This document shows, piece after piece, positions 28,087-37,760 of a DNA stretch of 64,000 bases; positions within the stretch are counted from its first letter, which is position 1, and each line of letters begins with the position of its first letter. Source of the DNA: Candidatus Latescibacterota bacterium (GTDB lineage: Bacteria; Latescibacterota; UBA2968; UBA8231); contig CBDCSU010000005.1 in assembly GCA_965221775.1 (NCBI GenBank), forward strand, positions 1,088,001 to 1,152,000. Direction: 5' to 3'. Both the position numbers and the translations under genes were made by a program. The notes beneath the pieces are model-generated. The model saw only the letters and a program-made list of their open reading frames with translations. It searched no databases and was not told the DNA's origin.

Positions 28087-29628
28087 TCAGAACGGCGCCC
28101 AGCAGGGGTCCGTGTCGCGGCCCGGATCGTCGGTGAGTGGCTCTCCGGCTCCCCCCTCCGCCGGGATGACGTAGAGGTCGTAGGCAGTCCCCGCCACCCG
28201 GTCCTCCCGCGCGAAGGCGATGCGGGCGCCGTCGGGGGACCAGGTGGGGCTCCTCCGAAAGAACCGGTCCAGGGTCAGCCGGGTGGCCTCGCCGCCGGCG
28301 ACGGGCATCTTCCACACGTGGCTCTCCTCGAATTCCACGGTCCTCATGAAGGCGATCCAGCGGCCGTCGGGAGACCAGGAAGGAGCCCACCCGTCGTCCG
28401 TGAGTTCCTGCGCCTCGCCGCTGGACAACTCCAGAACGAAGATCCCGCCGTCCTTTCTGAATGCGATGGACGATCCGTCCGGCGACCAGGCCGGTTCCTC
28501 GGCGCTCCGGCTGAGGGGGTCGGAGGTGACCTGCTCCACGCCGCTGCCGTCGGCGTTCATTACGAAGAGGTCGGTGTTGAGGCGCAGGCCCCCAAACTCC
28601 TCGACCTCGCCGTTGCGGTCCGACACGAAGGCGATCCGCTGCCCGTCGGGCGACCAGGCGGGAGCCTCGTCCCAGGCCTCGTGGAAGGTGAGGTTCCGCG
28701 GAGCCCCGCCGCCGGCGTCCATCACGTAGACCTCCGGGTTGAGATCCCGGCGCGAGGTGAAGGCGATCCTCGTCCCGTCGGGCGACTGGGCCGGCTCCTC
28801 GCTCCACCTCACCAGGACGATGCTGCCGGTCTCCGGCAGGTACCTCCAGTCCGACGTGGTATCCGGTTCCGAGCCATCGGAGAAAGGCGCGGTGGCCAGG
28901 CCTTCCGACAGGTTCACCACCACGCCGGTCCTCGGGTCCAGCGAATGCACCTCGAGCTCCCACTCCTCCCCGGTCCGCCGGCTCGAGGCGAAGACGATGG
29001 GCAGGTCCCCCAGGACGACCCCGCCGGGAGGCTCCGGCTCCCCGGGCTCCGTCATGTCCACGGTCACGCCGCGCTCCCGCAGCGCCGCCACCTGGGCCTC
29101 GGCCGCCGACGCACTCAGCGGGTTGCCGGTGAGGTCCACGCTCTGCAGGCTGTCGAGACCGGCCAGGGCCGACACGTCGCTCACCGCGTTGTCGGCCAGC
29201 AGCAGCACCTGGAGGCTCTTCAGCGACGCCAGGGCCGTCACCTCCTCGACCCGGTTGCTCCCAAGGTCGAGGTAACGCAGCCGCGTCAACTCCGCCAGCG
29301 GCGACAGGTCCCGGACCTCGTTGCCGTACAGGTCCAGAGCCTCCAGTTGCGCCAACTGCTCGATGCCGCCCAGGTCGGCGATCCCCCGCTCCTTGGCCGT
29401 CAGCGAGACCAGCCCCCCCGCGTCGCCGGTCTCCGCCGCGGCCTGCTGCACCGCCGCCTGCAGGGCCGAGTCCGCGAAGACCAGGGCGACCCCCGTGGAA
29501 TCATCTCCGGGGCCGGGCCCCGGGCCGATGGGGTCCGGCTCCGAGCCGCAGCCGGCCAGCGCCAGGGCGGCCAGCATCACTCCGCCGAAGATCTGGGTAG
29601 GTGTCCTTCCTGGTGTCCGAAGTACCAT
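28087..29628 (-). CDS. Lipoprotein with internalin-like LRRs and a TolB/PD40 beta-propeller
   Basis: Lipobox 'LAGC'; LRRs 'L.L.GN.V.DLSPLAEL'; 'PAWSPDG' repeats; start could be as far up as 29688. Confidence 0.85.
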   Translation of the reverse strand: MVLRTPGRTPTQIFGGVMLAALALAGCGSEPDPIGPGPGPGDDSTGVALVFADSALQAAVQQAAAETGDAGGLVSLTAKERGIADLGGIEQLAQLEALDLYGNEVRDLSPLAELTRLRYLDLGSNRVEEVTALASLKSLQVLLLADNAVSDVSALAGLDSLQSVDLTGNPLSASAAEAQVAALRERGVTVDMTEPGEPEPPGGVVLGDLPIVFASSRRTGEEWELEVHSLDPRTGVVVNLSEGLATAPFSDGSEPDTTSDWRYLPETGSIVLVRWSEEPAQSPDGTRIAFTSRRDLNPEVYVMDAGGGAPRNLTFHEAWDEAPAWSPDGQRIAFVSDRNGEVEEFGGLRLNTDLFVMNADGSGVEQVTSDPLSRSAEEPAWSPDGSSIAFRKDGGIFVLELSSGEAQELTDDGWAPSWSPDGRWIAFMRTVEFEESHVWKMPVAGGEATRLTLDRFFRRSPTWSPDGARIAFAREDRVAGTAYDLYVIPAEGGAGEPLTDDPGRDTDPCWAPF

Positions 29629-29701
29629 GGCTCTCCCCTCGATTACCGTGTCCGCATCGAGTAGAGGGGTGATCATGGACTTAGTCAAGCGGGAACTCCC
29701 T

Positions 29702-30223
29702 TCAGTCGACCCAGCGCTGCGCAGCCAGATACGCGTCGAGATCCTTTCGGGCTTGCAGGTATCTCGCCTCCATCGCCTCCGTCGAGTCCCTGGGCGCGTT
29801 GGAGAGCTTCATGTTCTCCACCTTCAGCCGCAGGATCTCGGCCCGGCTGACCATCCCGTATCCGCCCATCCTCAGCAGCTGGTTCGGCCAGCTCAGGTTC
29901 AGCGTGATCCAGTCGAGGCATCGGTACGGGGCCAGCTTTGCCGCCGGCAGCTCGAAGACCAGGGTCGTGTCCTGCGGCAGGCTCCCGGCATGGATGGACC
30001 CCTGCCGGCGGAACTCTTCCAGGTTGCTGTGCTCAGCCAGCAGGCGGGTGGCCTGGTGCAACTCCGCCACCATCTCCCGGCTCCACTCCACCGCATCGGC
30101 GAAGCTCTCGTAGTCGTCGAGCTGCTCGGCCCTTACACGACTCCAATGCGGGTCACCGGCGCGGACCTGCGTGCACAGCGCCCCCAGCAGGAAGGGGATA
30201 GCGAACAGAGGGGCGATTCTCAT
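29702..30223 (-). CDS. Secreted hypothetical protein
   Basis: AAGGAG RBS; signal 'MRIAPLFAIPFLLGALCTQVRA'. Confidence 0.6.
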   Translation of the reverse strand: MRIAPLFAIPFLLGALCTQVRAGDPHWSRVRAEQLDDYESFADAVEWSREMVAELHQATRLLAEHSNLEEFRRQGSIHAGSLPQDTTLVFELPAAKLAPYRCLDWITLNLSWPNQLLRMGGYGMVSRAEILRLKVENMKLSNAPRDSTEAMEARYLQARKDLDAYLAAQRWVD

Positions 30224-30313
30224 GGATGTGCTCCTTCGATCTGCACCCGCGGAACAGTTCCAGTCCAACACAAGGTCGGCGCGGTCCATCGGGCGATGGG
30301 TTGAGGTCAGCAT

Positions 30314-31714
30314 TCAGCCTGGGCCCCCGCCGGCCTGCGAAGGCTGCCCGCGAAGCATCCGCAGCACCCGCCTCTGCAACTTCCCGGCGGGACGGTAACC
30401 GGGATACCGCCGCAACAGCTCCTCGAGAACCGAGGCCGCCTCGTCGTACTCCCGCAGCTGATAGCGGGCGGCGGCAAGCCAGTAGTAGACACGCGGCGGC
30501 ACGTCGGGATCGCGGCGGATCGCCTTGGCCAGCGGGGCCGCGGCGGCCCCTGGATTCTCCTTGAACAACAGGTATTTCCCCGAGTCGTAGTACTGCACCG
30601 CCTGCAGCTTCTCCATGGTGTCGGCGTTCACCCAGAGGCCGGCGGCCAGCAGAAGCGCCAGACAGACGCGCGCAACCCGTTCTCCCGCGGCCCTCTCCAG
30701 GCGAGCGGAGACGGACAGGATTCCCATGGCCAGCAGCACGGCGCTGCCCGCGGCGGGAAAGTAGCAGTACCGGGAGAGAGCCTCGCCCCTGTCCCAGAAG
30801 CAGAACGGCAGGGCGGCGCACAGGACCCACAAGGCCCACAAGCGGGTCGTCCGCCCCCGGATCAGCAGCACCAGCAACAGGGCCCCCAGACCGCCGGCGG
30901 CGAGGGCGGCTTCCACCGGCGGCTCGAGCCCGACGGCACCCCCGGTGTACCCTCCTGCGAACAGGACGAAGGTGTACACGGCGAGGTTGCGGACGGCGTG
31001 CAGGCCGAAGGAGTAGGTCTCGTCCCCGGTGAAGGCGCCGCCGTAGACCAGGCGTTCCGCCCCGAGGATGGCGCATCCCGGCAGCAGGAAGACGATCAGC
31101 AGCCGCAGCTGCCGGCGCCGCGGCCGACCCTCTTCGGCGGCCAGCAAGGCCGGAAAGAAGGCGGCCATCCCCATCGCTTGGTGACAGAGGACCGCCGCGC
31201 AGTAGCTGCACACCGCCCCGGCGAGCCAGCCTCTCCCGCCGCCCCGAAGGTACCGGCACACGAGGAGCAGGCTCGCGAGCACGAAGCACACCCCGAAGAC
31301 CAGGGAAACCGCGGAGATCCAGTAGACCGCCCGGAAGTGGCTGGTGTTGGCCAGGAACAGCAGGGCGGACAGGAACGCCAGCGGCGCCGACGAACGTCGC
31401 AGGTACACGAGGTGGAGCAGCAGCAGGGCGTTGACGAGGTGGCCGGCGGCGTTGACGAGGTGGTAGGGGCCCGGAGCGGAGCCGAAGAGGGGGTACGCCA
31501 GCCAGGCGTAGACACGGACGCCGACCCGGCTCGCCCAGGGCTTCTCCATCTCCGGAGAGACCAGGTGGCCCAGGTCGGACCAGGCCCTGCGGGCGTTGTC
31601 GAGGTAGTCCTCGTCGTCGAAGGCGAAACCGTGGTGGCGGACGTCGCCGAACAGGAGCCAGCCGACCGCGGCCAGGGCCGCGAAGGAGGCGGCCAGATGC
31701 AGGGGTTTCATCAT
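30314..31714 (-). CDS. GT-C/TMTC-like membrane glycosyltransferase with C-terminal TPR
   Basis: 'F.FDDEDYL' after TM1, 'PYHLVN..HLVNALL', 'SRYCYFP', TPR tail. Confidence 0.75.
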   Translation of the reverse strand: MMKPLHLAASFAALAAVGWLLFGDVRHHGFAFDDEDYLDNARRAWSDLGHLVSPEMEKPWASRVGVRVYAWLAYPLFGSAPGPYHLVNAAGHLVNALLLLHLVYLRRSSAPLAFLSALLFLANTSHFRAVYWISAVSLVFGVCFVLASLLLVCRYLRGGGRGWLAGAVCSYCAAVLCHQAMGMAAFFPALLAAEEGRPRRRQLRLLIVFLLPGCAILGAERLVYGGAFTGDETYSFGLHAVRNLAVYTFVLFAGGYTGGAVGLEPPVEAALAAGGLGALLLVLLIRGRTTRLWALWVLCAALPFCFWDRGEALSRYCYFPAAGSAVLLAMGILSVSARLERAAGERVARVCLALLLAAGLWVNADTMEKLQAVQYYDSGKYLLFKENPGAAAAPLAKAIRRDPDVPPRVYYWLAAARYQLREYDEAASVLEELLRRYPGYRPAGKLQRRVLRMLRGQPSQAGGGPG

Positions 31715-31729
31715 CGAGAGCTTGAGCAT

Positions 31730-31852
31730 CCCGCCGGCCTGCAAACCCCCGCCATCACGGCGAAGGCGAACTCCGCGGCTAGGCCGAAGGCGACGAGGCT
31801 GGCGACGTAGAGGCCTTGCAGGACGAACAGCGTCCCGGCCACGGCGCGGTCG
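31730..31852 (-). repeat. Internally deleted copy of the MFS (35169-36401) 3' region
   Basis: Matches 35182-35221 joined to 35454-35547 at a GGCGAAGGCGA microhomology. Confidence 0.9.
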
Positions 31853-31854
31853 CT

Positions 31855-31928
31855 CGTCGGGGGTGTATGTCTACAGGCTCGAGATGGAGGGAGGGACGAT
31901 CGCCCGGAAGACGATCACGGTGCGGTGA
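31855..31928 (+). pseudogene. Remnant FlgD-Ig-type C-terminal tail
   Basis: SGVYVYRLEMEGGTIARKTITVR*. Confidence 0.65.
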
Positions 31929-33120
31929 AGGTGGCCTCGGGGCCGTGGCCTTGCGACGCAGGCCAGTCGAACTGGTCAAGAATGTCCTCCGGTACTTTCC
32001 CGTGTTGGTCGAACGCTGCCTGAAGCCGCTCGCAAAGCCAAGCACTGCCTTGCGGAGTAAGTTCAACGGATGCATGCTGCCTGTATGCACGCCGAGGATC
32101 GGTGTTTCCGCTGCCGATGGCTGCATTGCGCTGGGTCGACGCAAAGGAGTCGCTTCCAAGTGTATCCATCAATTCGTTCAGCGAAACTCCGTTTGCCATG
32201 GTCCCAGCAACGAACGCGGCCCGATGCACGCGGATGTACCTTGGATACTCTCTCTTCCATGGGCGACGCGCAATGTCCTCCGCCGATGCGTCGTCCCGCC
32301 CCGGGTGATGCTTCATGCCGACGGCACGACCGAAAATACGTATGTCTCGCTCGTCGGTGAGTCGTGCGACATACATGGCTGCACCCTCTTCAACGCTCCT
32401 AGGGCGTCTGCCTGCGGGATAGGCAAGGCCCCAATGGCAACCCTCGTGTACGATCACGTCGATAGTGCCCCGAGAAACCGGCACCCGCTCATCACTCTTG
32501 CCGAGAAACTTCACGAAGGCCTGGCCCGCATCCGCCACTACCGCGGGAAGGGAATCGGATCGTGCGATCCCAAGCCCCACTTCCGCGCCGAAGTCGCCAA
32601 GCCCCCTCGCGAGATTGGGTCTACCACCGCTCACACGATGTCGGGTAACACGGTCCGCCCACGTCTTGAGCATGTCGTGGGTTAGGGCCGTGCCACACCG
32701 CCATAGCTCGACAAAATAGCTCCGAGAGGCCGCGATGATGGCTGCGTCCTCGGCGACAACACCGAACTCCTGGTTTCGGGTCAGTGCGGCCTCCGTCAGA
32801 TTTGCCGACGTAATGATCGCTCGACCCTTCCCAAAGAGGTACAGTTTGGCGTGCAGATTGCGGATTCCGCGGATGCTGGCGCCGGCGTCGAGTAGCCTTC
32901 GGAGGGCCTCGATATCGCTGACACCTTCGGCGAAATCGGCCAAGTTGAACCGGGTGATAACGTGAAGGTCGCCGTTCGAATGCGACAGGAGACGTTGAAT
33001 TGGACCCTCCTTGATGAATGGGGAGACGATGCGGACCTCATTAGGCTCTGAGCGGATAGCTGCCGTCAGTTCCCGGTCCCATCCCCTATCGACCAGCCGT
33101 ACCGGCGCTTGGCTCATCAC
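31915..33120 (-). CDS. Phospholipase D-family (HKD) nuclease-like protein
   Basis: 'IVSPFI', 'LHAKLYLF...IITSANLT..AL.RN.E'. Confidence 0.85.
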   Translation of the reverse strand: MMSQAPVRLVDRGWDRELTAAIRSEPNEVRIVSPFIKEGPIQRLLSHSNGDLHVITRFNLADFAEGVSDIEALRRLLDAGASIRGIRNLHAKLYLFGKGRAIITSANLTEAALTRNQEFGVVAEDAAIIAASRSYFVELWRCGTALTHDMLKTWADRVTRHRVSGGRPNLARGLGDFGAEVGLGIARSDSLPAVVADAGQAFVKFLGKSDERVPVSRGTIDVIVHEGCHWGLAYPAGRRPRSVEEGAAMYVARLTDERDIRIFGRAVGMKHHPGRDDASAEDIARRPWKREYPRYIRVHRAAFVAGTMANGVSLNELMDTLGSDSFASTQRNAAIGSGNTDPRRAYRQHASVELTPQGSAWLCERLQAAFDQHGKVPEDILDQFDWPASQGHGPEATFTAP

Positions 33121-33790
33121 GCCACCATCGCAAATCCACCGCTGATAGCCTGCTGCCAGACATGGGCATATACCTCGGCGGCCACCGCCTCTTTCTCTTC
33201 AGGCGTGAACGGCGGCGTCGGCAGGTTGGCGTAGATCTCGTCGAGGATAACCACCTCCACCTCGGCCTTCGTCTGCTCCTTCTCCCAAAACCGGTCGAGT
33301 TCGGCCAAGCGTGCCTTGATCGATGGAAGCAGATCCCGGCTTGCTTGCTGTACTCGCTCGCGCTCGCCCTTGCCGAGCTGCTCCTTCAGCAGGTCGAACA
33401 GCGCGAGTTCATCCTCGCTCAGGCCTTCTTCCACTCCCCGCTTCTGCTCCGTGTCCAACTCGTCCATGAGCTCCATCAGCCGACGAAAAGTCTCCTCGAT
33501 GGTGACGAGATCCTTCTTCCGGTTGTAGTCGGCAACGATCTCTTCGTACTTCTGCTGATAGTCCATGCGCGAAGGGTTTCGAGCTAGCATCTCGGCTAGC
33601 TTCTGCTCGATGATCTCGCGGATGTCCTGCAGGGCAGTCGCCTTGTGCGGACCCTCTTCGCGAACTCGTCGCGCAGGTTCTCCATGTCGATCTAGCTGAG
33701 GTCGAAAGTCACGCCGTCAGCTTGGTCATCGCCGGGCACCTGCGTGCGGATCGCCTCATTGACGATCCGGTCAGCTCCTTGTCGGTCGAA
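33117..33790 (-). pseudogene. hsdR: Type I restriction subunit R C-terminal remnant (DUF3387-like)
   Basis: 'MLARNPSRMDY...EEGLSEDELALFDLL...FWEKEQTKAEV'; upstream part broken by a TAG at 33692 and a frameshift; no helicase domains. Confidence 0.8.
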
Positions 33791-33883
33791 TAGACGGCCT
33801 CGACAGCATCCTTCAGTCCCCTGATACGGTCTAGGTTGTTGCTGGGTGTCTGACGTGGCTTGCGTGCCATTCACTTCTTCTCA

Positions 33884-34342
33884 CTACTGATGCAATCCCA
33901 TCACGGGAGGCAATTCGGCTGTCGCGCATCTTGGGTAACAGCAGAGGAAGAAACCAAGAAGTGCGACGAAGGCAATCTCAGTGACATAATAAAGCCCTAG
34001 CGTCACGGACAAAAAAGCTGCTCGCCAAGTATACTTGTCCGTATGCTGTTTAGGATTCATTGCATAGTCCGTGTCACCCTGCTGGCGTACTCGGTCATAC
34101 TCGGCTCGAAATAGGCGACCTTGCCACAAGAAGTAAGCGTCTAGCAGCCAGAATCCAAAGATAGCTACGAGAAGCGTCAATGCCAGTAGAGGCTGGTCTG
34201 GGACAATTCGCACCATCAATAGGGAGCCGCCCACAAGGACGGTCATGCTCCAACCCTTAAGCAGGAAGGCGTTTCCGCCTAGACGATTCAGGACTCCCTG
34301 AATGAACTCCAGGTGCTTTGCTACTCGATCAGAGGGTTCCAT
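33884..34342 (-). CDS. Small multi-TM putative defence effector, TIR-associated
   Basis: 'KHLEFIQGVLNRL..NAFLLKGW', 'FWLLDAYFL.Q.RLFR..YD.VR'; three hydrophobic segments. Confidence 0.75.
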   Translation of the reverse strand: MEPSDRVAKHLEFIQGVLNRLGGNAFLLKGWSMTVLVGGSLLMVRIVPDQPLLALTLLVAIFGFWLLDAYFLWQGRLFRAEYDRVRQQGDTDYAMNPKQHTDKYTWRAAFLSVTLGLYYVTEIAFVALLGFFLCCYPRCATAELPPVMGLHQ

Positions 34343-34400
34343 CTGGCCGACGTCCTTTCGTGCCGCAGGGAAATCTCCAACCATCCTATAGGGACTCGCA

Positions 34401-35066
34401 CTAATCTCTCACAATTTTCACAAGATTGTACTCATCTACCCGATCCCTCAGATCTTCGGCCACCTGAAGGTATCTTTCTCTTTCTGCCAAGAAGTCACTC
34501 CACTTGACTGAGTGAATATAGGAGAATAGTCCCATGTGCACGGGAATGTCTGTATGATGTGGACAGCCATTAAAGGTAGGCCGCTTCTTGTTGAACATAT
34601 TCTCCCGTAGGATCTGAAACAGCTTGTTCGTATGGTAGTGTGTATAGTGGCAAGACGCGCAACTGTCTTCGTCGATGAAGTATCGGTAGGAGGAGGTTCT
34701 GTCTGGTAAGACAACCGCTAGCATTCCGTTCGTGCGACTCGTTCGGCCGCTCCGTGAGACTTCTTTGAGGGAGTAGGAGATCTCCCAAGGAATCCATTGG
34801 TCAGATTGCCTCTCCAGCGGATCTTTCATCCGTGGGGAGATCAGAACAAGGGTTATGCTGCTATCGTAAATCTTGTCCTTTAGATGAGTTTCAATGGTCT
34901 CATCCTTAAACTGGCTTAAATCTTCGTTCCCTTCTCCCTTGTAGATCTCATCCCCTTCAAATTGCTCGATGAGCTCATCTACATAAGCCCGGGCCGTCGT
35001 ACCATAGTTGAGCGGTTCAACGGAGTCATCGCAGTGCTTGTAGGTGACGAAGATCTTGCGGGCCAC
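34401..35066 (-). CDS. TIR domain protein (ThsB/DUF1863-like)
   Basis: 'KIFVTYKH', 'SSITLVLIS', 'WIPWEISYSL' with the catalytic Glu, 'NGMLAVVLP'; ATG at 35114 is an alternative start. Confidence 0.9.
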   Translation of the reverse strand: MARKIFVTYKHCDDSVEPLNYGTTARAYVDELIEQFEGDEIYKGEGNEDLSQFKDETIETHLKDKIYDSSITLVLISPRMKDPLERQSDQWIPWEISYSLKEVSRSGRTSRTNGMLAVVLPDRTSSYRYFIDEDSCASCHYTHYHTNKLFQILRENMFNKKRPTFNGCPHHTDIPVHMGLFSYIHSVKWSDFLAERERYLQVAEDLRDRVDEYNLVKIVRD

Positions 35067-35118
35067 TTTGATTTGTCTCCCTTCTGGTGATTTCTGGTGG
35101 ATGGATAGATCCATACTG

Positions 35119-35147
35119 AATGTAAGTGCTCAAATTTGCAGATGCAA
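35119..35147 (-). promoter_or_regulatory. Sigma70 promoter of the TIR operon, containing a TGCAAAT half-site
   Basis: TTGCAT-N17-TACATT; the spacer contains TGCAAATTTG. Confidence 0.65.
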
Positions 35148-35168
35148 GGGGTGTCCGGCGGGACGGCT

Positions 35169-36401
35169 TCAGCCCTGCCCCCCCGCCGGCCTGCGAATCC
35201 CCGCCATCACGGCGAAGGCGATCACCACCGGCAGGAGCACGATCGCCGCGGCCACGAACCCGGCGCGCAGCGACAGGCCCAGGGCGACGGCGCCCAGCAA
35301 GGGTCCGCCGATCATCTGGCCCACGGCGTCCATCTGCCCTCCGAAGGAGAGGACCGTGGCCCGGACGCGGGAGGGCACGAAGCGGTTCTGCCAGGCGCTC
35401 AGCAGGGGACCGCTGGCGCGCCGCAACGGTCCCCGGGCCCAGAACATGGCCATGGCGAAGGCGAACTCCGCGGCCAGGCCGAAGGCGACGAGGCTGGCCA
35501 CGTAGAGGCCTTGCAGGACGAAGAGCGTCCCCGCCACGGCGCGGTCGTCGTTCGTGTTCACGGTGCGCCGGACGACCTCCAGCAGGGCGAACCCCAGGGC
35601 CATCGTCACGTAGCTGCTGAGGCCGAACCACGCCACGGGGTCGAGGGGCCCGAGGGGCGGCAGGGTGATCGTCTCCAGCAGGAAGGGCGTGGTCAGCCGG
35701 TCGGGGACCTCGCTCGAGGCGCCGAAGAGGAAGGGCGCTATGACGATGAGGACCAGGACGCGGCGGCGGCGGATCACGCCCAGGGCCTGACCCAGGGTGC
35801 GGCCCATGGTGCGGAAGGTCTGGCGCTCGGGGGCGGGCAGCGGCCGGAAGCCGTGCTCGGTCATGGCGAAGGCCGAGAACAGGGCCAAGGCCAGGAACAT
35901 GGATCCGCCGGCGACGAGGGGCCAGCTGCGGTCCACGCTCGCCAGCGCCACGGACAGGGCCGCCCCGGCCAGTCCGCCCACCAGGCTGGCCTGCGATCCC
36001 CGCATCAGCGCGTGAGGCAGCCGCTCGGCGCCGATCTCGTCGGCCAGCCAGGCGGTGCGGGCCCCGCTGAGGAAGGTCGCTCCCAGTCCCCCCACGACCG
36101 AGGCGGCGAGCAGGGCGCCGAAGAGCGGGACCAAACCCGCGAGCAGGAAGCCGGCCCCCGTGAGGGCCAGGCCGATGACGACGGAGAGGCGGCGGCTGTA
36201 CACGTCGGCGACGACGCCGGTGGGGATCTCGAAGGCGAAGATCGTCGCCTCCAGAACGGTGCCGACCAGGACGAGCTGGAGGGCGTTGAGGCCGACCGTC
36301 TCCACCTGGTAGACCAGGCTCGTGGTGATCACCGTGGCCACGGCGAGCCCGTCAACGGCCGACATGCCGATCGAGAGCGGATAGGCGGGCAATCGCTTCA
36401 T
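35169..36401 (-). CDS. MFS transporter (TetA(P)-like)
   Basis: 'FEIPTGVVADVYSRRLS', 'F.SGA..AWLADE', 'RATVLS...DAVGQ..GGP'. Confidence 0.9.
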   Translation of the reverse strand: MKRLPAYPLSIGMSAVDGLAVATVITTSLVYQVETVGLNALQLVLVGTVLEATIFAFEIPTGVVADVYSRRLSVVIGLALTGAGFLLAGLVPLFGALLAASVVGGLGATFLSGARTAWLADEIGAERLPHALMRGSQASLVGGLAGAALSVALASVDRSWPLVAGGSMFLALALFSAFAMTEHGFRPLPAPERQTFRTMGRTLGQALGVIRRRRVLVLIVIAPFLFGASSEVPDRLTTPFLLETITLPPLGPLDPVAWFGLSSYVTMALGFALLEVVRRTVNTNDDRAVAGTLFVLQGLYVASLVAFGLAAEFAFAMAMFWARGPLRRASGPLLSAWQNRFVPSRVRATVLSFGGQMDAVGQMIGGPLLGAVALGLSLRAGFVAAAIVLLPVVIAFAVMAGIRRPAGGQG

Positions 36402-36461
36402 GGGGCTCTATCTTACCCGCCTCGCGGACACAATCGCCAGCGGAAAAGAGGAGGATTCGCA

Positions 36462-37340
36462 ATGAGCACGGATGTGGAACTGGTCGTGGACGCCGGCGCC
36501 TTGGTCGGCGAAGGCTCCCTCTGGAACAGCGCCGAGCAGTTGCTCTACTGGGTCGACATCATGGGCAGCAAGCTGCACGTCCACGACCCCGCGGGCGGGG
36601 GCGATCGGGTGATGGACGTGGGGCAGCCGGTGGGCACGGTGGTGGTGCGGGCCTCGGGCGGATTGATGCTGGCCCTCAAGGACGGGTTCGCCGCCTTCGA
36701 TCCAGCCAGCGGGGAGTTGACCATCCTCGACGATCCGGAAGCCGACTTGCCGGAGAACCGCTTCAACGACGGCAAGTGCGATCCCGCCGGCCGCTTCTGG
36801 GCCGGCACCATGGCCATCGATCCGGTGGAGGGAGCCGGCGCTCTCTACTGCATGGACACGGACCTGAGCGTGCGCAAGGTCCGCGGCGACGTGAGCATCT
36901 CGAACGGCATCGTCTGGAGCCTCGACAACGCGCGGATGTACTTCATCGACTCCCTCCGCTACGACGTGCTGGCCTACGACTACGACGTGGAGACGGGAAC
37001 CATCGACGATGAGCGGATCGCCTTCCCGATCCCCCGGGAGGTGGGGCTGCCCGACGGCATGGCCATCGATGCCGAGGGCATGCTGTGGATCGCCCACTTC
37101 GGCGGGTCCAAGGTCTGCCGCTGGCATCCCGACACCGGCGAGATCCTGCAGACGATCGACCTGCCCGTTTCCAAGGTGACGTCCTGCGCCTTCGGAGGCC
37201 GGGACCTGGACACCCTTTACATCACCAGCGCTTGCCTGGGGATGACGGAGGAAGAGCGGGAGCGGGAGCCCCACGCCGGCGGGCTGTTCAAGGCAAGTCC
37301 GGGTTGCCGCGGGGTGGAGTCGTTCCAATTCGGCGGGTGA
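36462..37340 (+). CDS. SMP-30/gluconolactonase/LRE family protein
   Basis: GAGGAGG RBS; 'VGEG..W', 'LYWVDI', 'NRFNDGKCDPAGRFWAGTM', 'SNG', 'PDGMAIDAEG'. Confidence 0.95.
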   Translation: MSTDVELVVDAGALVGEGSLWNSAEQLLYWVDIMGSKLHVHDPAGGGDRVMDVGQPVGTVVVRASGGLMLALKDGFAAFDPASGELTILDDPEADLPENRFNDGKCDPAGRFWAGTMAIDPVEGAGALYCMDTDLSVRKVRGDVSISNGIVWSLDNARMYFIDSLRYDVLAYDYDVETGTIDDERIAFPIPREVGLPDGMAIDAEGMLWIAHFGGSKVCRWHPDTGEILQTIDLPVSKVTSCAFGGRDLDTLYITSACLGMTEEEREREPHAGGLFKASPGCRGVESFQFGG

Positions 37341-37382
37341 GGCTACTCTCCCCGCCAGGCAGGTCGATGCTGGTGTACCCGT
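37265..37382 (+). repeat. Direct repeat, left copy (SMP-30 / PhyH convergent junction)
   Basis: Matches 39177-39297; 46 nt identical (37273-37318 = 39185-39230). Confidence 0.92.
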
Positions 37383-37538
37383 TTCTGCAGTCGTCGAGAG
37401 CACCGTTGCTTGTGAGGTGCCGGTCGCGTACCGTGCAGCGTTCGCTTCACGAGGCGAGCGCCGGCGGACCAACCAGAGGCTTGGTGGCAGTCACGCAGGA
37501 TTACACGTTGGGCAACCTGCAAGATGCGGGGGAAGGTG

Positions 37539-37760
37539 ATGGCTGAGCCTGAAGGGAGAGACGAGCGCGAGGTGGAGTTGCGCATGGCCCTGCTCCGGGA
37601 GCGGTACGGCGACCGGTTCGCGGAGCCGGACCAGGAAGCGGAGGTCCGCAGGCAGGTCCAGGAGTTGGTCAGGGTCTCCAAGACGCTCCGGGAGGCCGAG
37701 GCCGCCCCGGGCCAGGAGCCGTTTCCGCCGTTCAGGCCCTACCGCGGCGACGACCGGTGA
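37539..37760 (+). CDS. Small protein coupled to the amidase
   Basis: GTGA overlap with the amidase; 'EP...F.PY' C-terminus. Confidence 0.6.
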   Translation: MAEPEGRDEREVELRMALLRERYGDRFAEPDQEAEVRRQVQELVRVSKTLREAEAAPGQEPFPPFRPYRGDDR

